Source: Octopus bimaculoides
Lineage: Eukaryota
NCBI RefSeq assembly: GCF_001194135.2
Contig: NC_068997.1
Coordinates: forward strand, 55,582,530 to 55,646,529
DNA length: 64,000 bases
Direction: 5' to 3'
Positions 1 through 14,245 of the stretch are shown piece by piece; the stretch's first letter is position 1; each line of letters opens with the position of its first letter. The position numbers and the translations under genes were made by a program. Under the pieces are notes generated by a model that ran no database searches, had not been told where the DNA came from, and saw nothing but the letters and a program-made list of their open reading frames with translations.

Positions 1-135
1 CTCTCAGTAACTTTTTTGTAACTATTTTACTTTTTCTTACATTTTTTTTCTTTTTCCCTTTGTAACATTTACTTCGTATTAGTCTTGTAAGATTATGTAA
101 CAGCGCATTATCCAGGGTAGCACTTAACCATTTTA
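1..135 (-). CDS. Predicted exon 6 ((V)KWLSATLDNALLHNLTRLIRSKCYKGKKKKN...), running to the window edge or ending at 41
   Basis: Acceptor CATTGTTAAAG| (weaker), phase 1 start, and the frame is open to position 1. An alternative donor AAT|GTAAGA would end the exon at 41. Confidence 0.45.
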
Positions 136-424
136 CTTTAACAATGTTGTGTATAAATAAACATACACAGAAATAAACAAAGAATTTAAAATATTTTAGC
201 TCTCAACTGTTATAATATGAACAAAAGCAAAAGAGAAAAAAACGAAACAAAACCAAAAAATACAGTATATTGTTTTAGAGCATTATCTAAATTTTGCTCT
301 GCTATTTACATTAAATGTAAGCCAAATGATAATTTATCTGTACTGTAGTTTTACTTCTACACATAGCCTCAGGAATTTCTTGATGCATAGTGATACTGAT
401 CCAAAACAATAACATTAAACAAAC

Positions 425-525
425 CTTCATAATATGGCATCGTTACAGGAATACCCAGGGCAAAATTCTGTAGATAGTCTATTGTCATTCGATTGGTCCA
501 TTTTGGCAACAAAATATGTCTTTCT
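425..525 (-). CDS. Predicted exon 5 ((K)ERHILLPKWTNRMTIDYLQNFALGIPVTMPYYE+G)
   Basis: Acceptor CCGTCCTTTCTTCAG|, donor AAG|GTTTGT. 101 nt, phase 2 to 1. Confidence 0.55.
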
Positions 526-788
526 CTGAAGAAAGGACGGTGTTTACTTTGCCATTTTCTTTCTTGCTATCTGCCAGCAGCATTATTCCATGTTAAAAAC
601 AATGTTAATAATAATCATAAATATATTGATAACTACAGACTTTGTTCTCTAATTGTTATCGAGCTGAAATGAAGCTGGACAAGGGCCAATGCAAGAAATA
701 CCACTGCAGTAGCTGGAGGAATATAGGAATCTATCTATATGTTATCTATCTATCTATCTATTTATCTATCTATCCATTTATATATATC

Positions 789-825
<37 letters not shown>

Positions 826-927
826 TTATATATATATCTATCTATCTATCTATCTATCTATATACACACATACACATACAACAATGAATAGAACTTCGTT
901 TAAAAAAAAATAAATAAAATAGGTACA

Positions 928-1468
928 GGCATGGCTGTCAGATAAGATGTTTCTTCCCAACCACATTAATCTAGATTCATTTACACTGCATGGCACCTTG
1001 GGCAAGTATCTTCTGCTGTAGCCNNNNNNNNNNNNNNNNNNNNNNNNNNNNNNNNNNNNNNNNNNNNNNNNNNNNNNNNNNNNNNNNNNNNNNNNNNNNN
1101 NNNNNNNNNNNNNNNNNNNNNNNNNNNNNNNNNNNNNNCTAGATTCATTTACACTGCATGGCACCTTGGGCAAGTATCTTCTGCTGTAGCCTCAGGCCGA
1201 CCAAAGCCTAGCAAATGGATTTGGTAGATGGAAACTGAAAGAAGCTCATGGTGTGTGTGTGTGTTTGTCCTCACCACTGCTTGATAACCGGTGTTGGTGT
1301 ATTTACATCCCCATGACTTAGTAGTTCAGCATAAGAGATTGATAGAGTAAAATCCAAGCTTTAAAAAACAAAAAAATAGATACTTGGGTCAATTCATTTG
1401 AGTAAAATTCTTCAAGATGGTGCTCTAGCATGGCCACAATCTAATGACAAACAAGCAAAAGATAGAAG
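928..1468 (+). mobile_element. tRNA-derived SINE, family A (spans a gap)
   Basis: Head GGCATGGCTG..., body GGCACCTTGGGCAAGT..CTTCTGCT, internal (TG)n, tail GGTGC..CAGCATGGCC. Homologous copies recur in the window. Confidence 0.85.
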
Positions 1469-2699
1469 AGAAAAAATAAGGATAAAACTCAGAAATAAAA
1501 TGAAGAAATAAATCCTGAGAAATATTTAAAATTAATTTTTGAGACGGGAAAAATGTGTTTTATGATACGCAAGCTTCATATTTGAATTTCAACAAATATT
1601 TATCAATTAAAGGGGCAGAATATATATGAAGGCAGAAAATTAGTTAATCATAAGGCAGCAAAATTAGGTAGTCTTACATTTTATTCCCATATTTTCTTGT
1701 AATTAGTTAATTAGTAATATTTGATAGGATTATCATGAAATTAAGCTCCAGAAATATTTGATCTTAGTTTGAATCAAGCATAAGATTGGATCCAATAATG
1801 ATTCCTCTGCCTTGATAAATAATCAATGAAATTAATATACAAGAGAAAAAGAATAACGATCAGAAAACTAATTTACCATTAATATATTAAAAACCATTGA
1901 TTAATAGCGCTTCCTTTATTTACCACTAAGTGTTCAGAAAAAAAACACATTAGGGATGATACAGAAGACTACAATGTGGGGTTACATAAACAAAAGCATC
2001 CAAACAGTAAAAACGATAATATGAATTCTAGCAACAAAAAATTCCTGGAAAGTGAGAGACTTCTTAGGATTAGTTGTGGAGACCCCACAGAAACAAGGTC
2101 ACCATGACCACAAGGGCAAGTGCCCTCTCCACAACATCTTCCTTCGACCTCCAAGTACATGCTCAGAGTAGGCCTGCTCACTCAGACCATTCTTGCCTTG
2201 TTCACCAAACTCTTGATAAAAATTGCTGGGAGGCATCACTTCCCTCTCTAACCCTCACCTTCATTTCCAAGTGAAACTTGAAAAAGCTGATGAGGGCCTG
2301 ACCAAAGAGGAAATTATCTGTTTTCAGCTCTTTCAGTCTGATCCACCACACAATTCCTTTCACTAAGGCCAACATCTAATAATGCCAAAAATATTTTGGA
2401 AAAAGATTTGTCCTTATTTGTTACTATAGTAACCTTCTCTATGTGAAAGTAGTTGAAAAAATTTGTTCTTTTTGCAGTACACACTGGGATAGAATGAACT
2501 GTGTAATATTTCAGAAGATAATTTTCAGAACAATTCCATCAAGAATAACAAAAAAATTTATCAATCTTTCCTATTATTTGCAAAATGATAATTTTTATAT
2601 TCTTGGGAAAATGCAAAAAAAAAAAAATGTATCAAATTACATTATACTGCAACATACATGCACAGACACACTCGTGTGTGTGTGTGTGTGTGTGTGGTG

Positions 2700-2935
2700 C
2701 AGGGTGATACCAAGACAACAGAGAATGGAATGGACATGCATTCCAGAAATCTGTAACAAACATTACCAGGCAGGATCTTATATGGAATCCCTCAGGAAAA
2801 TAGAGAAGTGGTGTAATTATAACTGGTCTAGGATACAAGAGGAGAATTCCAAGAAGGCAGGACACACTTGGACTGTACCAAAGATCAAAACTCAGGACAA
2901 GAAGAAGTGGAGTATTCTGGCTTCTAAATCCACTA
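2700..2935 (+). mobile_element. RTE-clade LINE ORF 3' remnant
   Basis: Frameshifted TRQDLIWNP.GK.R, GHTW and TQDKKKW motifs match the RTE C-terminus (TRQALTWNPQGKR...AQDR..W). Confidence 0.65.
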
Positions 2936-3399
2936 TATTCCATGCTGGCATGGGCTGGATGAGACTTCTTGAAGCAGTATTCTACAACTCGATGCCCTTC
3001 CTAAAACCAGTTCTAACATGAGTTCAGATAAGGTACTTTATTCCACATCTTTGCATGTTGAACTGATGCAAGGCATTTTGTTTATGAAAGCCATAAACAT
3101 CATCACTACAGCCCAAATAACATCAATGTGAAAACACACACATTAGATATGCACAGTTTCTTTCTACTAAATTTCACTCATGAGGAATTGGGTCAACTCA
3201 AGGTCATAAAAGAAGGCACTTGTGTGTGCACTGAAATTGAACCTGGAACCTCATGATTATAAAGTAGACCACTTAACCATACATCTATCATTGGGTATAT
3301 ATCTCATCATCCATCATTGTTTAACATCCATCAAAAGCTATAGAGAAGATATGTGGCTAGTCCCCCACCCTGCATGATGTATGAGTGGGTGGGAGTAGC

Positions 3400-3990
3400 T
3401 GGGTAGAAGATAAGATAATAGTCATGGGGTGCCAGAGGAAACCACCCCCATCAAGGACCAGATGCTAGAGACAGTGGGGATGAGGGTTATAAGAGTGTGA
3501 GGGTAGAGTAGCATATCATTAGAGATGGGGGGTGAGGTGAATGTAGTGAGGAATGAACAGGAGAAGAGGTGTGGCTTAATGGGAAATATCAGTGTGGTGG
3601 GGTGGGGTAAGGTGAGAGAAATAAAGGTGGCTGAGGGATAATAGATCAGGAAGTAGGGGATTGATGAGCAAGGTGTGGGAGCAGAAGGGAGGAAGATGTC
3701 TAGGTACAAAAAGGTGGGTGCAGTGACAGACACAGGAGGATGCTGGGAAATGATAGCAGGTATGTGAGATGTTGAGATGAATTATGTCAGGTAAGGGGTG
3801 GGGGAATAATTGGAGGTAAAGGGGAAGAGATGATAATGAGGGTGGAAGTGAGTGGGGAGGTTGTAAATGATAGGGCAAAGAGTTTGGGGATGTAACATAA
3901 GCCAGGGATGGTTGAGGGAAGGGGGTGGATGGGAAGACTAGATGAGACAGGGTAAAGGGACAGAACCCAGCAATTACAAGAGTAGACAAA
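3400..3990 (-). mobile_element. Degenerate Penelope-like element RT remnant
   Basis: SSCVCHCTHL / YLDIFLP / SGTP resemble Penelope RT VSACSCPTHL..YLDSIL.P and AMGTP. Heavily decayed. Confidence 0.4.
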
Positions 3991-4094
3991 ATGTTTTAGA
4001 CCCTCTTATTTACCTTGATGAATTGCTCTCGTTGAGCACTGCAAATCATGTCATTTCCTCCATGAGGCTCAGCATCATGGGATATGCCATTTCC

Positions 4095-4430
4095 ACTTCA
4101 TCCATGTCCTCCCGGATCTCCCTCTTTCATACGTTTCATCCACTTTAAGTGACCATCACTTTATGTAGCTATCTTCAGCCATCGGCAATACATGACCAAA
4201 CTAGCACACTCTTCTCGCACACAATGTCTGGCTCCTCTTCTGTCTCGCTTTTCTCTCAATACCTTAGCACTTTGTTGTACAGACAAACTGATATTGAACA
4301 TTCCCTGCTGTACACTAGCTTCATTCTTCTCTAGTCTTTGTATTTTCCTTTGCATTCAGAGACTACGTCTCATTACCATGTTACATTGTGGTTCGTACAC
4401 AAGCATCATACATTCTGTCTTTCACTGTGA
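4095..4430 (-). mobile_element. RTE-clade LINE ORF 3' remnant
   Basis: Translation across stops and frameshifts gives DRMYDACVRT..HGNET...RLEKNEAS...LREK...FGHV and RGRSGRTW. Confidence 0.85.
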
Positions 4431-4633
4431 CAGAGACCAGAGGTAATGGCTCTCTGAACTTTCTATAATCCCTTCTTGGTAATTATACTTTCAGAGTATC
4501 CTCTGTCACTGCTAATCCAGTTACCCAGGTAACGGAAACTATCTTCTAAATCCAGGAAGCCTCCATAGCATTTGAGAAAATATATTTCCAAAGTGCCTTA
4601 TTACTCGTGTGTATCTTCCACATATAACCATTA

Positions 4634-4689
<56 letters not shown>

Positions 4690-4877
4690 CGCGCGCGTGT
4701 ATACATTATCTTTTCTGCTTCTTTAATTAAGCATTATCAATAAATCATTACACACAAATCTGCAGAGCATAATACGTTTGTCTAAATTAGGGTTAATTAA
4801 CTCTGGAAATGCTTCTGAAGTTGTTTGCTCAAATAATTTTGGTAACTTTTGCTTTTCCATCTTTTGTCTTTTAACTG

Positions 4878-5206
4878 TTTCAGTCATTAGACCGTGGCCA
4901 TACTGGGGCACCATCTCAAATTTTTAATTGAACAGACTGACTCCAGTATTTTTTTCCTTCAGTACTTATTCTACCTGGTACTTATTCTATCAATCCCTTT
5001 TACCAAAGTGCTAAGTTATGGAGATGCAAACCTACCAACACACACACATACACATATACGACTGGCTTCTTTCAGTTTCCTTCTCCCAAATCCACTCACA
5101 AGGCTTTTGTCACCCTGAGGCTGTAGTAGAAGACACTTGCCCAAGGTGCCAAGCATTGGGACTGAACGCAGGACTGTGTGGTGGAGAAGCAAACTTCTTA
5201 CCACAC
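4878..5206 (-). mobile_element. SINE family A copy
   Basis: Reverse complement matches 18024-18348. Confidence 0.8.
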
Positions 5207-5775
5207 CCCCACACCTGTACCTACATGATCAGTTCTTTTAATTGAAATGAAACTGAAAAGACTAAGCTCCTGTTAATGTTAGGCTGCATTTAGTAGTAAA
5301 CTAATATATTTTAGTTAATGTTCCAATGTCATTAATGTCTATCATTCAAAGAAAATTTCTCTGAAATANNNNNNNNNNNNNNNNNNNNNNNNNNNNNNNN
5401 NNNNNNNNNNNNNNNNNNNNNNNNNNNNNNNNNNNNNNNNNNNNNNNNNNNNNNNNNNNNNNNNNNNNNNNNNNNNNNNNNNNNNNNNNNNNNNNNNNNN
5501 NNNNNNNNNNNNNNNNNNNNNNNNNNNNNNNNNNNNNNNNNNNNNNNNNNNNNNNNNNNNNNNNNNNNNNNNNNNNNNNNNNNNNNNNNNNNNNNNNNNN
5601 NNNNNNNNNNNNNNNNNNNNNNNNNNNNNNNNNNNNNNNNNNNNNNNNNNNNNNNNNNNNNNNNNNNNNNNNNNNATATATATATATATATATATATACA
5701 TACGTATAAAGCAGCTACAAATTTTGTTTTGCAGTTTAGTCTGGCATAAGCTTTTAAGAAAGTCTATATGATTAC

Positions 5776-5900
5776 TTGTAAAGCAAATATCTCCTCAATA
5801 AAATAACCTGTTTTTTATGAAGCAAATGAGGGTGCCTCCATATGATGGCCCGCCCAACATGAAATAGCAGCAAAATCCCTCTACATTCATATCCTGTCAT
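5776..5900 (-). CDS. Predicted exon 4 (MTGYECRGILLLFHVGRAIIWRHPHLLHKKQVILLRRYLLY+AA)
   Basis: Acceptor ATTTTTATTTTTTAAG|, donor CAA|GTAATC. 125 nt; the only open frame is phase 0 to 2. Confidence 0.55.
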
Positions 5901-7317
5901 CTTAAAAAATAAAAATGTACTGGATAATCTAGTCCTAAATACACCAAAGATTAAAAAAAGCAAAGGTTTGGTATTATCACTGCTGAAGAATCTTTGATCA
6001 GGAGTTTGTCAAATCAAAAATGTTCTGTAATTAACCAACATTAACAGCCATTCTAAAGTTCCATTTCTTGATATTATTGTCCAAGATATTGGTATTTTTA
6101 AGATACAATTTGCAAAAATAATTTTCTAATTTAAATTATTCATTAATGTATCAGTTGAATATTTCACAATGTAATCATATCCACTGAACATCTACACCCT
6201 GTGTCTGTGTATCCAGTCAACATCCATACAATGTTTATCCAATTACCACGTTCACACTGTAATACACAGAGGATACTTGGCTGCTATTTCTAGCAGGTCG
6301 AGTGACCCTATAGAGGCTCTATCCTAGGGATCATTCTGTAATAGGAAAACCTTGGCACCTGATTTCTCTCTATTAATTCCATGAGGATGAATGACAAAGT
6401 TCAGTATGGTTTGAACTCTGAAACACCACATATGATGAAATCGTTTTTAATCAAAACATATATTATTACTAAATAAATTTTGATTAAATACATAACGAAC
6501 TGAATCAGATTTCTTTTTCCTTTTGAAAATCCTTCAAAAAAATAATTTCTGTAATTAGTCTCTGAAAATTAATATTAAGAGAGCTCGTATATTTGACAAG
6601 TTAAATATAGTAAAGTAGGTAGCTTACTAACTTCTATCATTTCCTTCATCTTAGTTTTTCTTTAATGATGCAAAGCTGATGTGGATTTTAAAATATTTCT
6701 ATGACTTCTTGTTTGGAATTTATTAATTACATATAACTTACAATATGGTTTTTGCTTTCAATATTTCATAAACAGTGTTTTGATGTAGAAAAGTAACTGT
6801 GTAGAATTTTATGAATAATGTTACTTTCAAAAGTTCTTTGAAACTGAAAGTTCTATATTTATTAAGATTGGTATATTTAAAGCAAAGATGAAATAAACTT
6901 GTTCTAATTTATTTATATTTCTCTTTAGACCAAGAACAGCTGCACAGCAAGAGTAACAAAATCATTTTTATCAAGCACATGTATTAACAAAACCTCTTCT
7001 ATATATTATTTTTTACCTTTATGTATTTCAAGGCAACATTTTCTAATTATAATCAACCAAATTGTTGCAATGAAATAACAGTTGTTGTTTTAATAATATC
7101 TACATTTCTTTAAGAAGCAGAAACCAGCAAAAATTAAAATTCAGAATTGAGCAAAAGATTGAAATACCAAATTTATCCACTAGTTTTAACCTTAAAACAT
7201 GACTGTAACAATAAAAAATTTATTTTTGAAATAAAATTAATGAGAAAAGTAACAAATGAGTTTAATATGTTTGTTATAACAAACAGGCTATTAAAATAAA
7301 TGTAAAAACATAATATT

Positions 7318-7495
7318 GCTTCTAAATTTAGGCACAAAGCCAACAATACTAGTACAGGGGTTAAGTCAATTACATTGACCCCAGTGTCCAACTGGTATTT
7401 ATTTATCGACCCTGAAAGAATGAAAAGTAAAGTTGACCTCTGCAGAATATGAACTCAGAACATAAAGGTGGACGAAGTGCTAGCAATTCAGCCAG
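7318..7495 (-). mobile_element. SINE family B copy
   Basis: Matches 63660-63860. Confidence 0.75.
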
Positions 7496-9159
7496 CTTGT
7501 TATCTTAACATGAAAATATAATAATTAGATATGAGCATAACAAATGAGATTTTGAGTAGCATTTAAAGAATTGTTGTTGTGTAATCCCAGCTCAGCCATG
7601 GTTGAGAACACCAATGGTACAGTGTCAAGAAAGACTTTTATTGTTGTTTAATCAGAGATAAACCCTGACTAAATAAACTTACAATTGAAAGTATACCAGC
7701 CATGACTGTCCCATCTTTCTTCAGACATAAACTACCTCAACCTACATCACCCAACATGTTGCTTCATTTATGGGGGAGGAGATTTTAAAAACTATTTCTT
7801 ATGTTTTTTCTTTTATATGTGTTAACAATTCTAACTCCCAGTGAAACAACCATCCATGTAAGCATTTCCTCATGCTGCTATCTCACTTGATACGACAGAG
7901 TGTGTATGTGTGTGTGTGTGTTACAAACTAGCCATGAAAGAAATATACAGCCAGTAACACAAACAGGGTGTCTTTTGCAGTAGTTTTTGTTCACATTTTC
8001 ATGAAATGGCAAAATATTTATCTTTCAACTTTCTACAGAAACTATGAAGACCATTTTATAGATTCCTGCAGATGGCTTCCCTGGATCTGTTTTTGTTGTG
8101 ACATCTAAGAAAGATTTTGGCATGAAACAACAAACACAGCTAAAATAGTAAGCTAGTTATTTGGTTTTGATCCAAAGAACTGATAAAACCAGCTTATCAT
8201 TTCGTTTGCCACAAACATCATCTTATCTCAAGATAAGCCTGCATGTCTTTTATTGAAAAGCTTCTTCTCACTTTTAATTGGCAATGAAAAGTAAGCAGAA
8301 AAATTCAATCTTGCACATTACTTTGGAATCCAGGGTAAATATGATGCCACTGATAAAACAGCATGAATCCATTCCAAAGAAAAGCAATAAAACAACAATG
8401 AATCTTGACCTCTATAAATGGTTTAAGTAGAAATGGTTATCAGAGAAGTAAACCCATTGCAGTTATTGGCTCCAAGAATACCATCACACTTTTACATTGT
8501 CTTCCATTTTCTAAGTCCACCCACTTCATCCCCACCCCCACCTCTTGTCTCACTTTTAAAACATTCTGATATAAATTAAAAGATTATCAAAGCAATGTTT
8601 AGGAATTGTTACAAGTGTCATCATTATTGCAGCCTGGCAGCATCAATTATTTCTCTTCATGGAACATGGTCCAGTACATTACATAAGGTCAAACATTGAT
8701 GTCCAGGATCAGATATGGATTAATAACCTATGGGAAGATATATGCACAGACGGTTGGTTGGTTGGATGGATGGATGGATGGACGAGGAGATAGAAACTGG
8801 AATCATCATTGTTTTAACATGCAATTTTCCATGTTTACTTGGGCTAGATGGAATTTGCTATGCCAGATTTTCTATGGTTGGAGGCCCTTCCTACTCTCAG
8901 CCCTCACCCGTTTCCAAGTATGTAATATTTCCCTTTGTAGGACACTTACAAGGAATATTTGAAACAAAGGAACACTGCCTGTATGATGGTGATGTTTGTT
9001 TACAATTATCACACAATGTCAAGAAAGTGAGGGGCAAGCACATGCACACACACACACAACAAATTTCTTTCAGATTTTGTCTACCAAATCCACTGATAAT
9101 GCTCTGGTTGACCTGGGGTTAGAAGAGAAAAGGCCTCCGTTGTGTGTGTGTGTGTGTGC

Positions 9160-9265
9160 TGGCATGGCTGGGTGGTTAAGAGGTTTGCTTTCCAACCATG
9201 TGGTTTTGGGTTCAGTCTTGTGGCATAGCACCCTGGTCAAGTGTCTTCGACTATAGTCCCAGGCT
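9160..9265 (+). mobile_element. SINE family A, head only
   Basis: GGCATGGCTGGGTGGTTAAGAGGTTTGCTTTCCAACC...CTATAG, flanked by (TG)n on both sides. Confidence 0.75.
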
Positions 9266-9690
9266 GTGTGTGTGTGTGTGTGTGTATACCATTGTCTTGG
9301 CATCACATGATGGTTGTAAATGAGCATTACCATTCTACAAGTGATGCAGTTTGTTTCTAGTCATCTATAAAAGCCTGTTTGGCCATGAGAAATATTGCTT
9401 GGAAACAAGTGAGGGTTAGCAACAGGAAGGGCATCCAGCTAGAGAAAATTTAGTCCAACTAATTTTGTCCAACTCATGGAGCCATGGAAAAGCAGATGTT
9501 AAATGAACAGGATGATAAAGATACTGAATATGTATATCTTTACTTTCACTTTTGCCAGCATCCCAACTTTTAGTTGTAAATAAGAAATGCTTTCACTTTT
9601 AGTAAGAGTATATTTACCGTCAAACACACACACACACACAATGTCCATATACATATATATATATATATACACAGACACACATACATACAC

Positions 9691-9726
<36 letters not shown>

Positions 9727-10435
9727 ACACACACACACACACCCACACCCATAACTACATGCAATGCACATGTCAGCGTTGTATTTTTAGCTAGAATCAT
9801 TGACTTTAGAGTGAACAGATTGTTGTATAAAGTAAATCAATTGCTGTGAGGAGACATTTGCTTGCAGTATTTATTCATCGGCAAGCCTCACGTAACGGAG
9901 CCAAACAAATGACTGTACAGCTACACTCTCCTCAAGACAATTTTCCATATTTCCTCACATGCAACCAGTCAAAGTCTTCTTCTCTTCCATTCATTTCTCC
10001 CTTCCTCCTCTTAGTATTTCTTATTCCTTCTTTCCATTCTCTCTCTCTCCCTTCTCTTATTCTCTCCATCCTTTCACATTTTTCTCCCTTTTTATTTTTT
10101 CTTCTTTTTCTTACATCTCATCACATTCATTCATTCTCTCTCTTCCTTTCTTCTTCTTCATTCATTCATTGTCACATTCTTTCTCTTTTGCCATCTCAAA
10201 CTATCAGTATGTTACCTCCAGCTTTTAATTTCTCTTCACTTTAGTCAAACACCGTGTGTTTTCACTGCAGTTACATCACTACCGAACATTAATTTTTAAT
10301 ATCAAGCTACATGTGTACATGCATGTTTGTATGAATATCTTCACTGTTATTATTATTATTACTACTACTACTACTACAAACACAGCTGCTGTATTCTCTT
10401 TCACAATTGAACACATGTACAAAACAAATCTTTAC

Positions 10436-10498
10436 CTCATCCAAGTTGTGGATGGGTGGATGCATTTTCTTCTTTTTTCCTCTCTTGTGAATATCTTC
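10436..10498 (-). CDS. Predicted exon 3 (EDIHKRGKKKKMHPPIHNLDE)
   Basis: Branch-like CTAAC followed by AATATCTTCAG| acceptor, donor GAG|GTAAAG. 63 nt, phase 0 to 0. Confidence 0.6.
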
Positions 10499-11426
10499 CT
10501 GAAGATATTGTTAGGTTAATGGTTAACAGCGACAAACTAGATCAATCACGTATTGTATTAAGTACTGGATGGGACAATAAAGTTAGACAATGCAAAAAAA
10601 GAAAAGCGATGACAAAGATGATGACAATGACGATGAAGATGATAACGATGTTCATAATGACAATAATCACAATGATGATGATGATGCTAGTGATAATGAT
10701 CGTAACGAAGATGATGACGACAACAATAATACTGAGGATAATGGTGATGACGATGATGATAACGATGATGAATAAGTGGTGATGGTAGTGCCTGCATGTA
10801 ATAGTATTTTGTGCAGAAAGTCATAAAATTAAGCGGCCACACCACAAATGTGACAATGATAACAACATCAGCATGAAAATCCGTGCTATTATGGGTGTAG
10901 TGGTGTTTACTATTGCTATTAATATTTTTCTAAGAAAAAGACCTTTTGAAGGTGAAAGAAATTTGTTATTAATAGCAGCAAGTAATAATTACATAAAACA
11001 ATAAATAGCCTTTTTTTTTTTTTTAAAGAAAAATGACTCAGTAACCAAGGAAAGAAAAACTTGCTTTATTCTATTTCTATTAATCTTTTGGTTTCCTTTT
11101 TCTTTAATTAGATAATCATTATGAGTTAATTTCTTAAATTCTTCATCGGAAAAGACAAAAAAGAATATTGAAGTAGAAATGCTAAATAAGTTACACAATA
11201 AAATGGAATGTTTTGATTAATCAAAGAAGTAGAAATAATCAATAATGTGGAATAAATTGGTGGGAGTGGAGGGGAGGGGCATATCGAATGGGTTTTTTTT
11301 TCTGTTTTTTTTTTTATATTTCCTTGTTTCAGAAAATTATATAAAAAAAAGTTATGTGATTACTTTATAACAAATCAATATTTTTAGGCATACAGAATAT
11401 ATGCAGGTTATATACAGACTTAGGTA

Positions 11427-11490
<64 letters not shown>

Positions 11491-11588
11491 CATACATATA
11501 TATACATACACACATATATATACATACACATTATATATATATATATATATAAATATATATATTTATACATACATATTTATTTATATAT

Positions 11589-11683
<95 letters not shown>

Positions 11684-12839
11684 AACACATTAAATATATA
11701 TATATATAATGTGTGTGCCTGTCCTATATGCACCACTATATATGTATCTGACTTTATATATTCACCTACAATTCAAGACCTTTATAGTACGGTGTACATA
11801 ATGCAATAGGTTGCTATACATTATTATCGACAGATTAATGGAGAAAAAGCAAGTACTACATTTACACACACACATATATATATATATATGTATACATATA
11901 TACACAATTTTTTTATATACAGTTACATTCAGAAATTTACAAGAATATGCCTGAGTGAGTGCAAGCACACATGAATGCATACACATGTACATATGTATGC
12001 ATAGATATTTACACACAAACATACTTATCTACCGGTATACATATATACATACATACAGGCATACCAACATCATATGTTCAAACATACGTACATACACAAA
12101 TGCATACATACATGTATACATACATACAAGTAAACATATATACATACATGCAAGCATTCATATATACACACAAATATAACCGTCTTCAGTATCTGCTTTG
12201 GAAAAAAGAAAATATGAAAAGATCTGATAAATATGCATTAACACATATATTTATATACATACATATATACACACACACACTTTCATATATGTATGTATGT
12301 GTTTGTGTGTGAGTGCACTTGCATAAACATAGACTTATACACAAAGTTTCCGCACTGATATCATGCATACACACACACACACACAGACACGTGCAAAATT
12401 ACAGAATGCACACAAACTCATACAGATGTATACAAAGTTCTTGCAACCTACCGAGATTTCAATCTTTGTGCAATTTGACACTATCCTAGAGGCTTACATA
12501 TATATATACGTCTGTACATGCATATATATATGTGTGTATATATACTTTAAATAAGTATATAATATATACTGTATTGCCCGTATTCAGGTTAGTCCACAAG
12601 GTACGATATGATACTACAACACGCCGATTCTGCTCTCTCTATCTCTCTCTCTCTCTCTTTCTCATACATATACTCTCTCTCTCACTCCAGTTGTCTCTCT
12701 TTCTCTCTCTCTCTCTCTTCTTTGAGGCAGCTGATGTCTAACTCTCAACTGTAGGACAGTTCATTTCACTCAGTTTGGAAACAATCCTACTATTTTAATG
12801 GAGCAGTAAGTTTCTGATGAGGGGTAAAAAAAAAAAGGG

Positions 12840-12935
12840 GTGACTGGACAACTGTAAAACGTGACTGCGTCAATCTGGAAGATGTGCCTCTATAGCATTA
12901 GTACCACAGTGGGAGCGATGAAGTGAAAGGGTTAA
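12840..12935. mobile_element. Terminal fragment of a piggyBac-like non-autonomous element
   Basis: Ends in AAAGGG|TTAA; partner end not found. Confidence 0.3.
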
Positions 12936-13407
12936 ACAATTTCCCATGGTGTATGCTTGTGAGACACTTGTGTAGGAGCATGTGATGTTTATATGAAGAT
13001 ATGTACGTATATGTATATATGTGTTTGTGTCAAGTTGGTAATTCTCTCTCTCTCTCTATCTCTCTCTCTCTATCTCTCTATCTCTCTCTCTCTATCTCAG
13101 TCCCTCGTTAGTTTCCTGCACCTGGGAGAGATGGGTTGACCAAAGAAACTCCTGACATAAGCTAATCATGAACTTAGTAAAAATTTAGAAGCTCAGTTCA
13201 ATGTATTGAGTACTTTTTTTTACATTTGCGTATATCCTAGCGTAAGCACGTGTGTAGATGGATGATTTGATATTGAAGGGAAAAAAAAAACTAGAAGAAT
13301 TCTGTTGGAAATTAAACCAAAATGGAAAAAGTGAAATTTTGGGAAGGAATAGGAACTATCTGTAAAAATTATAATAAAACCTTCATACACAGTTAAACGC
13401 ATAAATG

Positions 13408-13468
<61 letters not shown>

Positions 13469-13792
13469 GTGTGTGTGTTTTAATTGTTTGTTCTTTGAAT
13501 TGACCATATATATATGTGTACGTGAGCGTGTATGCATATATATACACACACACACACAAACAGACAGACAGATTTCTATTAAAAAAAATGTGCATCTCTT
13601 GTTTCATGTCTGTGTATGATCAAATCACTTTGTATATCTATCTATCTCTCTGCAAATACATGTCATGTGTATGCACACATTTGTATGCATGTGTGTACGT
13701 GTGTGTGTATACACTCACACACATACACATATAAAGGTTGTTCTTTAGAAGCCACATCTTTGTTTTGATGCTTAAATCAGTTGTAAAAAGAA

Positions 13793-13824
<32 letters not shown>

Positions 13825-13826
<2 letters not shown>

Positions 13827-14245
13827 TCAACCGCAGGTCAATCTTCGTCCTGCAGTGCTTGAATCAAAGACATTCAAACTGTGGCCACCCCAACTTTCCG
13901 TATATCTTAGACTAGACTACATCCTCCAGTATGTCCTTTCTTTCCTTTTTCTAAGACAGTTGGGTGTGATTCGAGGGAAATCGTCTGCTATTTCTAACAA
14001 GCAGACCGATCACTGTGAGCTTCCGTAGTAGAATTTATTATTTTTGTCGTCGTTTAGCCCCAGGTCAGCCAGCGTCTAACAGACCTATGACAAAAGGCCT
14101 TCTAGCTATGACCATCCTGCAGGTTTATTTATTTAGCATTACAATCTCTCATGTGTAGTTTTCCCTTGTTTTGAAAGCGATATCGTTTGATTTGAAGGTA
14201 TTTGGTTGGCATTTCTAGCAATGTATATCGACCACACAGTGTCTC
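13825..14245 (+). mobile_element. Two tandem copies of interspersed repeat family C
   Basis: TTTAGCCCCAGGTCAG...GACCTATGA and GTGTGATTTGA.G...GCT.TTTCTA motifs recur near 32740-32950, 33970-34200, 48060-48260 and, reversed, at 45480-45660 and 52440-52640. Confidence 0.65.

Noticed and set aside
971-1191. Identical 53-bp sequence on both sides of a gap
   Set aside because: Most likely unmerged contig overlap, not a real duplication.
6929-6952. 24-nt plus-strand mini-exon candidate
   Set aside because: Weak donor and no partner exons.
10456-10782. Plus-strand ORF with a WD40-like LSTGWDNKVRQC and an overlapping Asp-rich ORF
   Set aside because: Single isolated motif with no splice support. 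It runs into a degenerate (GAT)n repeat and overlaps the better-supported minus exon 3.
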